A stretch of DNA of 64,000 bases from Eledone cirrhosa (Eukaryota): positions 249,054,001 to 249,118,000 of the forward strand of contig OZ024740.1 of NCBI GenBank assembly GCA_964016885.1. Reading direction: 5' to 3'. Below the pieces are notes generated by a model. That model was not told where the DNA came from. It did no database searches and worked only from the letters and a program-made list of their open reading frames with translations. Of the stretch, positions 10,596 to 22,888 are shown one piece after another (the stretch's first letter is position 1; each line of letters begins with the position of its first letter). The position numbers and the translations under genes are program-made.

Positions 10596-12289
10596 TCCTT
10601 GACATAAACTATTGGGATGCCCATTCAGCATAATCAATTTTTTTCAATAACCCCTAGCTTTTCAAGTCTATCCGATTCTTCATTAACTTATTTCAACACT
10701 GCGAAAGGTACACTCCATTTTGGTTTTAACACCAGTATAGCATATTCCTTTACTCGGAACTTTGCCTTTGTTTTGGTGCAAAGTCCTAGCTTTTCCAAAA
10801 ATACTTCGGGAAAACCCTTTTGTAATTCTTTTTTTTAAATTTCCGATGCCATATTTGTGCTGGAGTAAAAAAGCATTCACTTTTTCACAAAAAAAGTTTA
10901 TGGGGAGGTTCCACAAATCAAATGATTCCATTCAGTCTGTTTCAAATAAATTTGTTGTGTTATTGAGCACAAAAACTTTTGCTTTTAAGGTTTTACCACG
11001 AAATGACACATTATTTGTCATTTCGCCTTTAAATGCAACTTTTTTCCTGAGACATCACGTGTGATTTTTGAAGTTACTTTTAACCTGGGCTTCCCAATTT
11101 TTCTCCACGTTTCCTCATTAATTATTGTGATATCACTGCTCCTATCCAATTGTAACTTGACAAGCGCAAATTTTCTTTTCTGAGCCTCGCTTAGATTTTT
11201 GTTGATATGACCTTGTTGACAGAATTTTTACTGTTCGACCTTTTTCTCTTTTGTTTCTCTCTACAATGCAAGCTTTTATGTCCAACTTTTCTACACTCAT
11301 AACATTTTGAATTTTTGTAAGGGCAGTCATTTTTAAAATGTAAGCCTCTGTACCCTTAGCATGGATTGGGTTTTTACAATTGTTGTTTTTCTTTTTTCTA
11401 ATCCATTCTAGGTCGAACCGAATGGATTTATGAACAATCTCTATCTTCAATTTTTTCTGTATCATGCCTTAAGTTTACAATCCTCTGGCATTCGTCTGCC
11501 ACTGTTTGCAGTGATCATTTTTGGTCTTGTTCTAACTTTGTTAATATCCGGGAATGTATTTCTGCATCATTGTTAGCAGTCAGCCCTTGTACAAAAATTA
11601 GACATTTGAACATATCTGGGGTTAATTCATTTAATTTGAACATTTCACATTCTCTATCTACAACCCCAGCAAAGGTGACGAAATCTTCATCTTTTTTCAC
11701 CAAATTTAAACACTGCCAGCGAGTATTGACCAGTGAACTTTTTTCACTGAAAATTTCCGATAAGATTTCAATTGTTTCATCGAAACAAATCTCACCTGGC
11801 TTCTTTGGCAGAATAAAATTACAATACTTTTCATGTTCGGCAGGGGATCGCTTCCTTAATAGTAGTCATACTTTCTTTTTGTCATTTCAACCACGACATT
11901 CTTCCTTGAAGATTTCTTCATATCTTTTGAAATATGCTGCGAAGGTAACACCGTCTGGTTTGTACACAAATTCTCCAATTGAGTTGCTGTTGGGCTAACA
12001 AATCCTCCATGCTAAGGATTTTATGTTTTCTTTGGTTTCATGCAAAAAGAGTCCACAGTCCAGCACAAGCTTCGAATACCTTGTCATCACTTTTATAACC
12101 GTTTGGACTGGTTATATTTTCTACGATGTAGGGGTACTAAAAATTTTATCTCAGGCGTAACTTCCGACTACATAACCTGAGAATTTCAAGTGAGACTCCA
12201 ACTGAACTGCTGACAATGAGATGCGTTGCTTATTTATAACAGACCGCCGAGTCCATTTCTTTAATCCCAAAGGGGTGTTCACCACAACA

Positions 12290-14800
12290 CCAATGTAATC
12301 TCCTCTCTTGCACACAGCATTTGATTCCTCTTATGCCTAGTTTCTCTCTCAGTTTGTTTGTGCTTTGCCGTTCACCTATATTACTATTACACATCCATCG
12401 GAGCATGCAAGCTTCATTTCTTTCCAATCTACAGAAGTCTTCTGCACACAGTGTGCCCAGGCCTCACTACCATGCAACATTGCTGTTCATATGCATGCAT
12501 CATGCAGTCTGCTTTTCAATTTGAAGAAAAAGCCTTTTGTAGCTAGCAGTGTTAGTAGTTCCCTGAACTTTTTCCATCCTGTTCTTACTGTGACTACTGT
12601 ACTTTCAGAACACCCACCTCTACTGCTGATTTGGTCACTGAGGTAGCAGAAGCTGTCTACTACTTCTACCGAACCTTCCTGGAATTTGATAGCGCTTCAT
12701 TCCTGTGGTCGTTTGCTGCTTACTGTCCCGGTGCAACTGCTACATATAAACCTACATTCTTAGCTAAACTTCCTGAGATCCCACTACATCTCTTGTGTAC
12801 CTACAGTTTGTATTTGGGACAGAGGATTGAATTTCTATCTACACCTTTTCTACACACTGAGCAAGGCCATTTCCACAAGGGGATCAGGGTTCTGTTTTCT
12901 CTTCTACTTACTAGGACCTTAGTCTTTGTCAGGTTGACTTTAAGACCCCTTGTTTCTAGGCCTTGCTTCCATGTTTGGAATTTCTTCTCTAGTTCCACCA
13001 TATATTCTGCTAGGAATGTGAGATCATCCACATACAAGAGTTCCCATGGGCAGCCCGTCTTAAACTCCTCTGTTATATCTGCAATACGATAATAAACAGG
13101 AGAAGGCTAAGAAGAGACTTAGTGGACACCAGCCTGCATGCTAAATTCCTTGTTATAGTCATTGTTGATCCTAACTTTGTTGACTGCTCCCCTATACATG
13201 GCTTGTACAGCCTTCACAAGCCACTCATCTACTCCTAGTTTTCTAAGAGCCCACCAGATTATGACACTGGGTACGCTGTCAAAAGCTTTCTCCAGATCAA
13301 CAAATGCCAGGTAGAGCGGCTTACTCTTAGATAGGTACTTTTCCTGTAACTGCCTCACAAGGAAGAGCGCATCAGTGGTGCTTTTGCCTGGTACAAATCC
13401 AAACTGCATCTCATCCAGATTTGCCCTTTCTCTAATCAACTGTGCTATAACTCTTTCAGTTACTTTCATTACCTGGTCCATCAGTTTGATGCCTCTATAT
13501 TTTCCTCTATCTAGTGCATCTCCTTTACCCTTGTAGCAGTTGACAATGATGTTTCTGCGCCAATCATTTGGTATGACGCCATCTAGTATTACTTGGTTTG
13601 CAAAACGTATGCTTATGGTGTGACCTACTGACCCAGATGCTTTCAGCATCTCAGCAACTATTCCTGATGGAACAGCTGCTTTCCCAGTCTTCATATCCTT
13701 AATTGCCTTACTACACTGCTGCTGAATTGTACCGCTGGGCCCTCTATGGGGTCCGTTTGGAGTAGAGTCTCTTTCTCCCATGCGTCCTCCTTATTCAGTA
13801 ATTTTTCATAATAGCTTTTCCATGCAGCTGTCTTCTCGCACCTGTGAGGGCAAGTGCATATTTATCATCCAGGACACACTTCTCACTAATGACATTGCAA
13901 TTTTCTCTAATGCACTGCCTCGCAATCCTGAACACCTTCTGTTTCTGGTCCTCATGCTGCGAAACATACTTGAATTTTTTATCTTCTGCTTCCCTTCTTG
14001 CTAAATATACTTGTCGTCTAGCTTCCCTCCTGGTCTCTATGTAGTGTACCCTGTTTCCCCCTTCTTCCATTGTTTCCATGCCTATCTCTTGGCCTTAATT
14101 GTCTCATCTACCTTATTGTTCCACCACCAAGTCACTCTCCTCCCTGTAGTCTTGCTCCACCCAGATCTCGTCTGTTGCTCTTAGTAGCTTATTTTTTTAG
14201 GAACTTCCTGTGCTCATCCTCTGATAAGAATAAAATCTATCTGACTAGTATGCTCCATGGATCTATAAGTGATCAGGTGGTTGTTGGGATTTTTTATGTT
14301 TGTGTTACATATCGACAAGTCTTTGGCGTCGCAGAATTCTAGAAGCCTGTAACCTTCATTTCTTGTGACAAACCCGTAGCCTCCAAAATCTCTGTAGAAG
14401 CCATCACTGTGTTTCCCAACGTGTCTGTTAAAATCCCCTGCAATGAGTAGGAAGTCATTGTCATTTGTTAGAGTGGTAATGTGTATTAGGGACTCAAACC
14501 CTATCCTTGAGTTTGTCTTACCACCCAGATTGGGGTGTGTATGTGGATATAATTATAGCTATTGCTCTATTCAGGACTAGTCTGAGTTTAATGATTTTTA
14601 TGTTCAATCTGTTCACAGAGATTGTCTTATCTACCCAATTGTTAACTAATAGAATACCTGCTCCACCCAGGCCATAGTCATTTCCCACCTAAAAAAATTT
14701 ATAGCATTTTTTGCTTGTCAGGAGTCTAGCTGACTCTCCTCTCCATCTAGTTTCTTGCACTTGGGTATGTTGCCAATATTGCCAATAGAATGAATCACAT
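12290..14800 (-). mobile_element. RTE LINE, 5' part (EN-RT-PHD), decayed
   Basis: 220-aa ORF 13119-13781 with MQFGFVPGKSTTDALF...VDLEKAFD, then YVDD and WPCSVCRKGVDRNSILCPK. Endonuclease remnants at 14340-14800. Confidence 0.9.
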
Positions 14801-15425
14801 GCACCATATAATTTTCACTTTCACGGTATCTTTATTGTTTGTTATTCATTTCTTTATCAAAGTTCTTTCATCACACATTCTGTGACCTCCTCAATGATAA
14901 TCTGTTTTGTGCCTCCTCTTTTTCTGGTCTTAAACTTCTACTACATCTTTTTTTTGTTCGTTTTGTGGTGTGTTTTTTGTGTTTTGTGTCTGTGCATGTG
15001 TTAGCATCTTTGTCTCTGTGTGTGTATGTGTTTCTCATGTCTACATATGTTTTATGTGTGTGTTGGTTTGCTGTTTGTGTTTTTATTCTGTCTCCAGTCA
15101 TTAAGTTGCAGGTAGTTACTATTCCAATTGTGTTTTCTGTTCAGTCTAGGACTATCTTCTATTATGTGTGTGGCCTCCGTAATTTGTCTAAGTGTTGCAT
15201 CAGTTCTGTGTGGATAGGATCTTTATTGCTGTTGTCTATTGAGCCCTTGTGTTCTAGTTTGCCATGTTGGTATAATACTGATGAGCTTTTCCCCTTAAGT
15301 TCTCACCCGTGTTCCTTTAACCTCTCTCCTATGTATGTCATCTTATTTCTGCATCATTCCTATCGACTACATTTCTAGTTTTAAAGTTTATCTGTGGGCT
15401 CATCTTACAGACTATACAGTTTCTA

Positions 15426-15770
15426 TCAATACTGGGCATTTTTCCGAAAGGGATATATCCTACTGAAATGTGATTTTATGGTAGCTCCTGGCTTTTCTAC
15501 TACTTTAATCCTAAGATTCATTTTTTCTAAGGTTCTTCTAAAATGATACACTAGTTTGCCTCTGGGAGTAGCATCAACAACATGACACTCTGGTATTTTT
15601 GACTGTCTGTCATACCTTGAGCTGCTATTCCATGATTTGCTCCTGTATAGTGGGCAAATACCATTCGTATCATTCTCCATAATGGTTTTGAATTTAGCCA
15701 TGGCTTCTTTGTACACCCTGATCCTGTCGCTTTGGATATAACCAGAGAACTGCATGTGGTGGATAAAGTG
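15426..15770 (-). mobile_element. Penelope-like element fragment (RT thumb/linker)
   Basis: MQFSGYIQSDR...ENDTNGICPLYRSKSW...VDATPRGKL...IKVVEKPGATIK..F..IYPF, recognised as a PLE linker pattern from memory only. Confidence 0.55.
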
Positions 15771-15963
15771 TAGTATGTGTTGAAAGAACTTTTGATAAAC
15801 AAATGAATAACAAAGAATAAATATAAAGCGAAAGTGAAAATTATATGGTTTCTTTCTATTGGCAGTATTGGCAGCATGACCATCCCCAAATATAACGATA
15901 TTGGTTTCAACACACGATTTCACATCAAGAATCTTGCAGAACAAATACATAAATATGCATATG

Positions 15964-17063
15964 TTAGGGTGTTCTGAAGGTAATTTTAATCAAGAATGTA
16001 ATCACCATTGTTTTCAACAACTACAGCTCAACAGGAAGGCAACTTTTTGATCCCACGTTTAAAGAAACCTATTTCTTTTCCTGAAAAAAAGTCTGAAAAG
16101 CTGTTTTCATCTTCCTCTCTGTTTCTGAAGGATGTGGAAACACTTCCCATCCTAATGATCTTATCATTTCTTGGGTTTGTTTTGCAGTGTGGACATGCAT
16201 CATTATGTTGGAGAATAACACTTTTTCTGTTTACCAGAGCAGGTCACTGTAAATGTAATTTTTCATTTACACGATTAAGTTGTTGGCAATAGACATCTGC
16301 ATTGATGGTTCTTCCATGTTCCTGTAGCTCGTAATGGATGATACCTTTCATGTTCCACCAAACACAGAGCAAGGATTTTTGTAGATGGAGTTCTGGTTTT
16401 GGTGTTGGTACTGGTCTTTCATTACATGATAACCATTGTTTTTCATTTTCTGTTCTGATATAAAACCCATTTTTCATCACCTGTAACAATGCGCTGTAGG
16501 TGGTTATTCCTGATTAGAAGACTGCTGCAGCTATTGGAACGTGTTCGGTTCTCAAGCGTAAGCTCATGTAGAACCCAAATTCCCTCTTTGCATGTTTTCC
16601 CAATTTGCTTGAGATGTTTGTGGATAGTTGAACATGACACATATGATGTAGAGCTGATACAATAGTCTCATTCAAAAGGTTGTCATTCATAGTGTGTCGT
16701 TTTCTGGAGCGAGGCTTGTCGGATATGGTACAATTGCCATCTTTAAATCTTTTAAACCATAGCAAACATGTTCAAGCTTTTACTGCATCTGGATACACTT
16801 CACAAATGTTTTTTATTGCTTCTGTAGTGGAACTTTTTTTTCGAAACTCATACAGTAAGCAATGGTGAATATGTTGTTTCATAAAATTCTTATCCTCCAT
16901 GGGGTTAATTACTGAAATAACTATGAATGACACACTGCCAGATAGAAAAGATGATATACTGAACTATTTTAAACAGTTTCCACCCATTTAACTTTGGCTC
17001 TGATGTGATTGGTTGATTCATATTTCATAGTGGTGACAAAAGCGCAGTTACTTTCCGAACACC

Positions 17064-17067
<4 letters not shown>
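15964..17067 (-). mobile_element. mariner transposon, decayed
   Basis: TIRs TTAGGGTGTTCTGAAGGTAA / TTACTTTCCGAACACCCTAA followed by (TA)n. Transposase pieces WFKRFKDG, GIWVLHEL, RIVTGDEKWVLY, LLCVWWNMKGIIHYEL, TINADVYCQQL; ATG near 16900. Confidence 0.92.
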
Positions 17068-17109
<42 letters not shown>

Positions 17110-17113
<4 letters not shown>

Positions 17114-17720
17114 CCATGGATAGCTGAACATCCTTTCCTGCAATGCTGCTGAAATGGCTAAAAGTTCTGGTTCAGCCTGTAAAGTGGTCATGTTTGTGAT
17201 CCGATTGGAGGCACCCAGTCCACCTTGTAGAATGGTTGTGATAGTAACAAAAGAAAGAAGAAGCACTGAACCCAACCACGGTGACATGACAAAAAGCACC
17301 CAGCCAAACCATGGTGACATTACAAAAGGACCCAGCCCAACCTTGGTGACATGGCAAAAAGCGATCAGCCTAACCTTGATGATACAACAAAAAACGTCAA
17401 GCCCATACTGTAAAGTGGACATTTTGATGCCATGACAAAAAGTGCCCAGTCAACACTGTAAAGTGGTTCTGTTAGCATCATGACAAAAAGTGCCCGACCC
17501 ACACAGTAAAGTGTTTGTGTTGGTGTCATGTCAAAAACTGCCCAGTCCACACTGTAAATATGATTGGTATTAGGAAGGGCATCCAGCTGTAGAAACCAAA
17601 CAAGAAACAGTTCTGTATGAGCAAGACACAGCCATCTGATCTGACTTGTCTCACAATGGGACAACTCAACTAACCCATGCTAGCAGGGGAAAATAGATGG
17701 TAAACGATGATGATGATGGT
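17110..17720 (+). repeat. RTE-3'UTR-related SINE-like repeat with expanded internal units
   Basis: Multiple aaaaagcacccagcc / gtaaagtgg units, then GGAAGGGCATCCAGCTGTAGAAAC...AACCCATGCTAGC...(GAT)n. Related copies at ~44383-44700 (-), ~59735-60200 (+) and ~63790-64000 (-). Confidence 0.8.
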
Positions 17721-17812
17721 ATTTTACTTGATTTTCTCAAATATTATCTCTAGTGATCAACTGTTATTACAGTCATTTCAGTTTTGGGACACTCACACAC
17801 ACAATATATATC

Positions 17813-17845
<33 letters not shown>

Positions 17846-17848
17846 TTA

Positions 17849-17895
<47 letters not shown>

Positions 17896-17989
17896 GATAA
17901 CAAGTTATCGTTATAGGTAATCCAGTTATAGGTTGTGAGTACTCTGTATTGTGGATAGTTTTAACGTATGGCTTTGTTTGACTCAACAA

Positions 17990-18382
17990 GATGTTTCAAT
18001 AGTTAGTTCAAGTATGGTGTACCTGTGTACTATAAATTTGGGCAACTTAACATGGCACTACATAGGTTCCACGACTGGGGAATTAAAAAAAAGATGGTAC
18101 ATTCACAGACACTCTATGAAGAACCATAGACTAGAGAACTCAACAACGCTGGCCAATAAAATCTGGCAGCTTAAGGACACAAACCAGGAATATAGGATTA
18201 GCTGGTTGAAATTATCGGGAGCAAGGGCCTACAACAATGGAATGTCCCACTGCGGACTTTGCAATATGGAGCTATTCTATATTTTAAAGTATGATAAGAT
18301 GCTGCTTAACTTTAAAATAGAAAGATCAATTTTCTGTAGGCACAAAACAGCTACCAAGTTCACAAATTTCAAGCCAACATGA
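17990..18382 (+). mobile_element. Penelope-like element GIY-YIG endonuclease (Naiad-like), 5'-truncated
   Basis: VYLCTI...HYIGSTTGELKKRWYIHRHSMKN...TTLANKIWQLKD...ISW...CGLCNME...LLN...CRHK, open to a stop at 18380-18382. Confidence 0.8.
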
Positions 18383-19021
18383 TTCGACCCAGCAAACTCA
18401 AAATTCGAGCTAAACCACCCGGATTTTAATGTACTGAATACGTACCACCCCACTGTTATTAGCTGTCAATTGACCGACTGGTCACTAGATCAACATCATA
18501 AATCTCCTAACCTTTCTTTCACTCTCTCTCCCTAAAGCCACATCAACCCCATTAAGATAAGACAATCAGCATGCTAAACATTTACCACACACACATACAT
18601 ATATCAAAATCCTCCTTCCCTGTCCTTAGCCCTACCCCTTATATCTCATCCTCGTATCTCTTACTTAATTTTTAATTTATTATTTTTTGTCTTTATCTGT
18701 CATTTGTTACTACCTTTTATTCTCTACCCTCTGAGATTTGACCACCACGTATGTATGTATGTATCTAATGTTACTTTTCATGTTAGTATTATCTCCACCC
18801 TCACATCTTTATACATACACTTCGAGTGACGCAACTTCGAGTGATTAGCGGCCTTTAGACTCACTTGATCAATGAAACAATTGTTAATACTTGAAATAAA
18901 ACCCCTTGTTGTACAGCTGACCATGTTATTCTTCAATCTTTCACTATATATATATATATGTGTGTGTGTATGTGTATATAAACTGAAATCTACAGTGACA
19001 TCTTTGTTGTTATTTTCAAAG

Positions 19022-19240
19022 GAGAAAACTTGAAAAATCTGTTGGAAACAATTGCATCTACCCCAAAACTGGCCAATCCAGGGGCCGATCGTCATGGCAA
19101 CATGGTATTCTATGATGTTGTCGGTTTTTATATGTTTGTATACCCTAAACGTATAGCAGCCATCTTGAACATTGTGATTGTCGTGTGTAGTTTGTTACTT
19201 ATTACTAAACGTCACCTACATTTTGGAAACAATTCTAAAG
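19022..19240 (+). CDS. ERMP1: ERMP1-like exon (post-catalytic linker and first TM helix)
   Basis: ttttcaaAG acceptor, GTGAGA donor at 19241, phase 1-1. (G)ENLKNLLETIASTPKLANPGADRHGNMVFYDVVGFYMFVYPKRIAAILN... matches ERMP1 RHGNMVFFDVLG. Confidence 0.93.
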
Positions 19241-19950
19241 GTGAGATATTTTCTTTTTTCTTTAACTCTTTTGATACCAACTCACCTTGCTCTTGTGTAC
19301 CTTTAATCCACTTAAAACTGATACCAACACACTTAAAACTGTCTCTGGTTCTATGAAATAAACCCAACCATTTTAAAGAATTCTTATTTAAATAAAAATG
19401 TTCCTACATATTTTGATATGAGAACCATTTGTTAAGTTATGTTATAAATTATCATCTTAACAAAGTAATTATTAATTTTAGTAAATCTTTCCAAATTCAC
19501 CTTTAATTAATTCATATACAGTGTATTTCATAAGAAACTTGGTAATTAAATTTGAACCTTGTAAAACTTACTCACTTTGATTGTCTTATTTACTTACGGG
19601 ATGCTGGATTGGCAGAGTATGGACAAAATGCTATTTAGTTATGGCTTTCTATATGCTGAGTTCAAATCCCACCGAGGTTAGCTTTGCCTTTTATCCTTCC
19701 AGGGTTGATAAAATAAAGCATCAGTAATGCACTGGGATCGATTTAATTGACTTTCTCCTTCCCTTCAAATTGCTGGCCTTGTGGCAAAATTAGAAACAAT
19801 TATCTTATTTATCTATTATTTGGCAGCAAATTGGCATGAGTGTTAGTGCATTAGCCTTGTGATAATTATTTTGGCTCTGTGAGAAATACATTTTGTTAAA
19901 GAATTATTATAACAATAAATTTAAATACAGGTTCTTTTTAAAAGAAAATA

Positions 19951-20370
19951 ATTGTTTCTACTTTAGGCACAAGGCCAGCAATTACCCAGTGCATTACTGG
20001 TACTTTATTTTAAAAGAAAATAATGTTATTTTGATATAATGGCAACAAAAGCTTATTTGGCTTAACATTATTGTATATCTGTGTATCAGTATTGTTTCTA
20101 CTTTAGGCACAAGGCCAGCAATTACCCAGTGCATTACTGGTACTTTATTTTAAAAGAAAATAATGTTATTTTGATATAATGGCAACAAAAGCTTATTTGG
20201 CTTAACATTATTGTATATCTGTGTATCAGTATTGTTTCTACTTTAGGCACAAGGCCAGCAATTACCCAGTGCATTACTGGTACTTTATTTTAAAAGAAAA
20301 TAATGTTATTTTGATATAATGGCAACAAAAGCTTATTTGGCTTAACATTATTGTATATCTGTGTATCAGT
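19951..20370. repeat. 3 x 140-bp perfect tandem repeat containing a SINE 3' end
   Basis: Identical units start at 19951, 20091 and 20231. Each is ~60 bp of reverse SINE tail plus ~80 bp of flank. Confidence 0.95.
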
Positions 20371-20676
20371 ATAGTTCTTAAAACATAAGACAAAATGCCT
20401 TGTGGTTCTTATTCAGGCTCCTTGTATTTTGAGTTCAAATCCTATCGAGGTCAACTTTGCTTTTCATCCTTCTGTGGTCCATAAGTGAAGGACCAGTTTA
20501 GAGAAGTGGACTGGTGATAATTGTTCTGACTCGTTGATTTCTGATATCATGTCCTGCACTGGCCTACTTAATCTAATGCCCAATTTAGTACCACCACTTG
20601 ATTCTTGGATGCCTTTAGCAGAATCCATTTTGTTGCAGAGAGAGTTTGTGGTAGTGATAATGGGTGTTATAGAGAT

Positions 20677-20860
20677 AATTGTTTCTACTTTAGGCACAAG
20701 GCCAGCAAATACCCAGTGCATTACTGGTACTTTATTTTATCGACCCCGTAAGGATGAAAGGCAAAGTCAACCTCGGCGGGATTTGAACTCAGATCGTAAA
20801 GGGACGTAACTATGCTGGAAAGCATGGCACGTCCGTCCCTCTACTGATACTGCCAATCCA
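20677..20860 (-). mobile_element. tRNA-derived SINE
   Basis: Near-complete copy of the 9686 family. Older diverged copies at ~19600-19805, ~20390-20500 and ~22990-23130. Confidence 0.88.
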
Positions 20861-21084
20861 AATGGTAAGTAATGGGATATGGTGAAGGAGTTGGATATGG
20901 GCTAATCAGATGCCCTCTGTCCTCTGTTATTCAGTCAGCATGTTGTAGTAGGTATCATAGCAGGGTCATAGAGGAGAGGGTTATGAGTAAGTCCTAGCCT
21001 CTATCACTGCCACTTTTAATTTGGTGTTCATGTCACTGTGCTTTTACTGGTGAATAGATCTTTTCCAGCATAGTGAGTTGCTAA

Positions 21085-22520
21085 TCATTGCAATCCTGTC
21101 TTATCTCCTTTGTAAGGTATAGTTTCTTGAGGTTAGTCTTCACCACTTTGTTTCATGTCATTCTTGGTTTCCCTCTTCCACAGATTTCATCCACTTCAAG
21201 CTCTCAGCATTTCTTTATACAGTCTGTACCAGTACAACCATCTTTCTTGCACATTACATATGATTCCTCTTATATTCAGCTTTTCTCTCAGTTCACTTGA
21301 GCTCCGTCATTCATGCACTCTAACATTACACATCCAGCAAAACATGCACACTGCATTTCTTCCTGACCATCACAAATCTGTATTTTGAATGAAAGCGTCA
21401 TACAATCTGCTTTTCACTCAGATAGAAAAGCTTTTTGTTGCCAGCAAAGGTAACAACTCCTTAAACTTCTTTCATCCAGTTCTCACTCTGGTCACAACAA
21501 TTTGGTACATCCATCTCTACTTTTAATGAGGTCATTCAGATAACAAAAGCTACCTATTACTTCTAGTGAACCTTCTGAGCATTTGAGGAAATAATTTCAT
21601 GAGGAACTTTACTGTTGACTATACTTGTGCATCTGTCACATATGAAGTCAACCTGCTCTGTCAGCCTACCTATGATCTTACGACACCTCTTGTGCAACCA
21701 TTATACACATTGGGTACACCATATGTCATTCTTTACCTTCTCCTTTTCTGCATATTGAGCATGACCATTTTCTTGATGGTAGCAGAGTCCTTGCCTCTCT
21801 GGTACTAACTAAAAATTTAGTTTTTGCTTGGTTTACTTTAAGACATTTTGATTCCAGATTTTCCTTCTATATCTGGAACTTTTCTAATTCTTCTACAGAT
21901 TTAGCTACAAGAGCTAGATTATCAGCATACTGGAGTTCTTACAGACAATCAGTCATGAATTCTTCTGTTTCAGCTGGGAGGTTTATAATATAGAAGAGGA
22001 GGCCGAGAACAGCTCTACCTGTATTCTGAATTCATTTCTAACTCTCACCTTATTGACAGCATCTCTGTATATGCCTTGTACAGCCCTCACAAGCCACTCA
22101 TCTATCCCTAACGTCCTCAGCAACTACCAAAATACAGATCTTGGGATTCTATCAAAGGCCTGTTTCAAGTTAATGAATGCTAAGAGGATAACAGCCTGGT
22201 TCAACAGTTTCATGTCTCTGTAATTGCTTCTTTTGTACCTTGTAGCTGTTGACAATCATGCTTCTATGCCAGTCATTGGATATAACATCTTCCTGTTCTT
22301 CCTGATTGACTATGCGAGTGATTAGCCTCTGTCCTACTCCACTGAATATTTTAATCATCTTAGCTATTATTTCTTGGTCAGCTGTCTTCCCTATCTTCAT
22401 ATCCTTAATTATTTTATCTACCACTCTACTGTCAATTTTGATGGCTACTCTCTCAATTGGGGCTAATTGGGGTAGGCCTTCACTGCCCCCTGCATTTTCC
22501 TCTTTCGGCAACCTTTTGTA
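21085..22520 (-). mobile_element. old RTE LINE (PHD-bearing family), heavily decayed
   Basis: APIERVAIKIDSRVVDKIIKDMKIGK..., YADNLAL, a CSIC remnant and FCYLNDL. Confidence 0.75.
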
Positions 22521-22661
22521 ATAGCATTTGTAGGTATCCTACAGCATGGAAAACATGTAAGATAGTGGTGATGATGATGCTGTTGATGATGTTCTAACCT
22601 ACTTTGTAATTATTTTAAGCAATCTTCTTTTTTCTGTTTTTATTTATTTTTTATTTTGTAG

Positions 22662-22888
22662 GTAAATCATCATGGAAGTCTTTGTCAAAGCTGTTTGGTG
22701 CAGTTTTGACATTATTTGTCATGTGGGTGTCTATAGTGGCAACTATATTGGTAATTGCTTTGGTGCTGGTCAGGTTTGAACATTCCATGTCTTGGTATAA
22801 CCATTCTAGCAACATTATCTGGGTGTTTATCATCCCAGCCCTAACAATGGCATTGTTAGTATTGCTTTGTTTGAAGCACTTCTACAAA
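22662..22888 (+). CDS. ERMP1: ERMP1-like exon (TM region)
   Basis: Long pyrimidine tract plus tgtAG, GTAAGT donor at 22889, phase 1-0. Hydrophobic helices with SMSWYNH (ERMP1 SLSWYNH). Confidence 0.92.

Larger units (their letters stand above)
9199..12289 (-). mobile_element. Ty3/Gypsy LTR retrotransposon (K02A2.6-like), RT deleted and 3' LTR missing
   Basis: Starts TGTTGTGGTG at 12289, with an ~200-bp LTR and a decayed PBS-like GTGATGACAAGG. Gag ...FKCLIFVQGL..., protease-like KLQLD...SDITIINEETW, integrase LFARFGVPDTRVSDNGIQLTASEF...TPPYHPRLNRQAERFVD. Confidence 0.88.

Noticed and set aside
14800-15400. 179-aa hydrophobic ORF 14839-15378 as an additional TM exon
   Set aside because: Low-complexity TG-rich sequence adjoining the RTE 5' end. 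The ERMP1 exons on either side already join without a gap.
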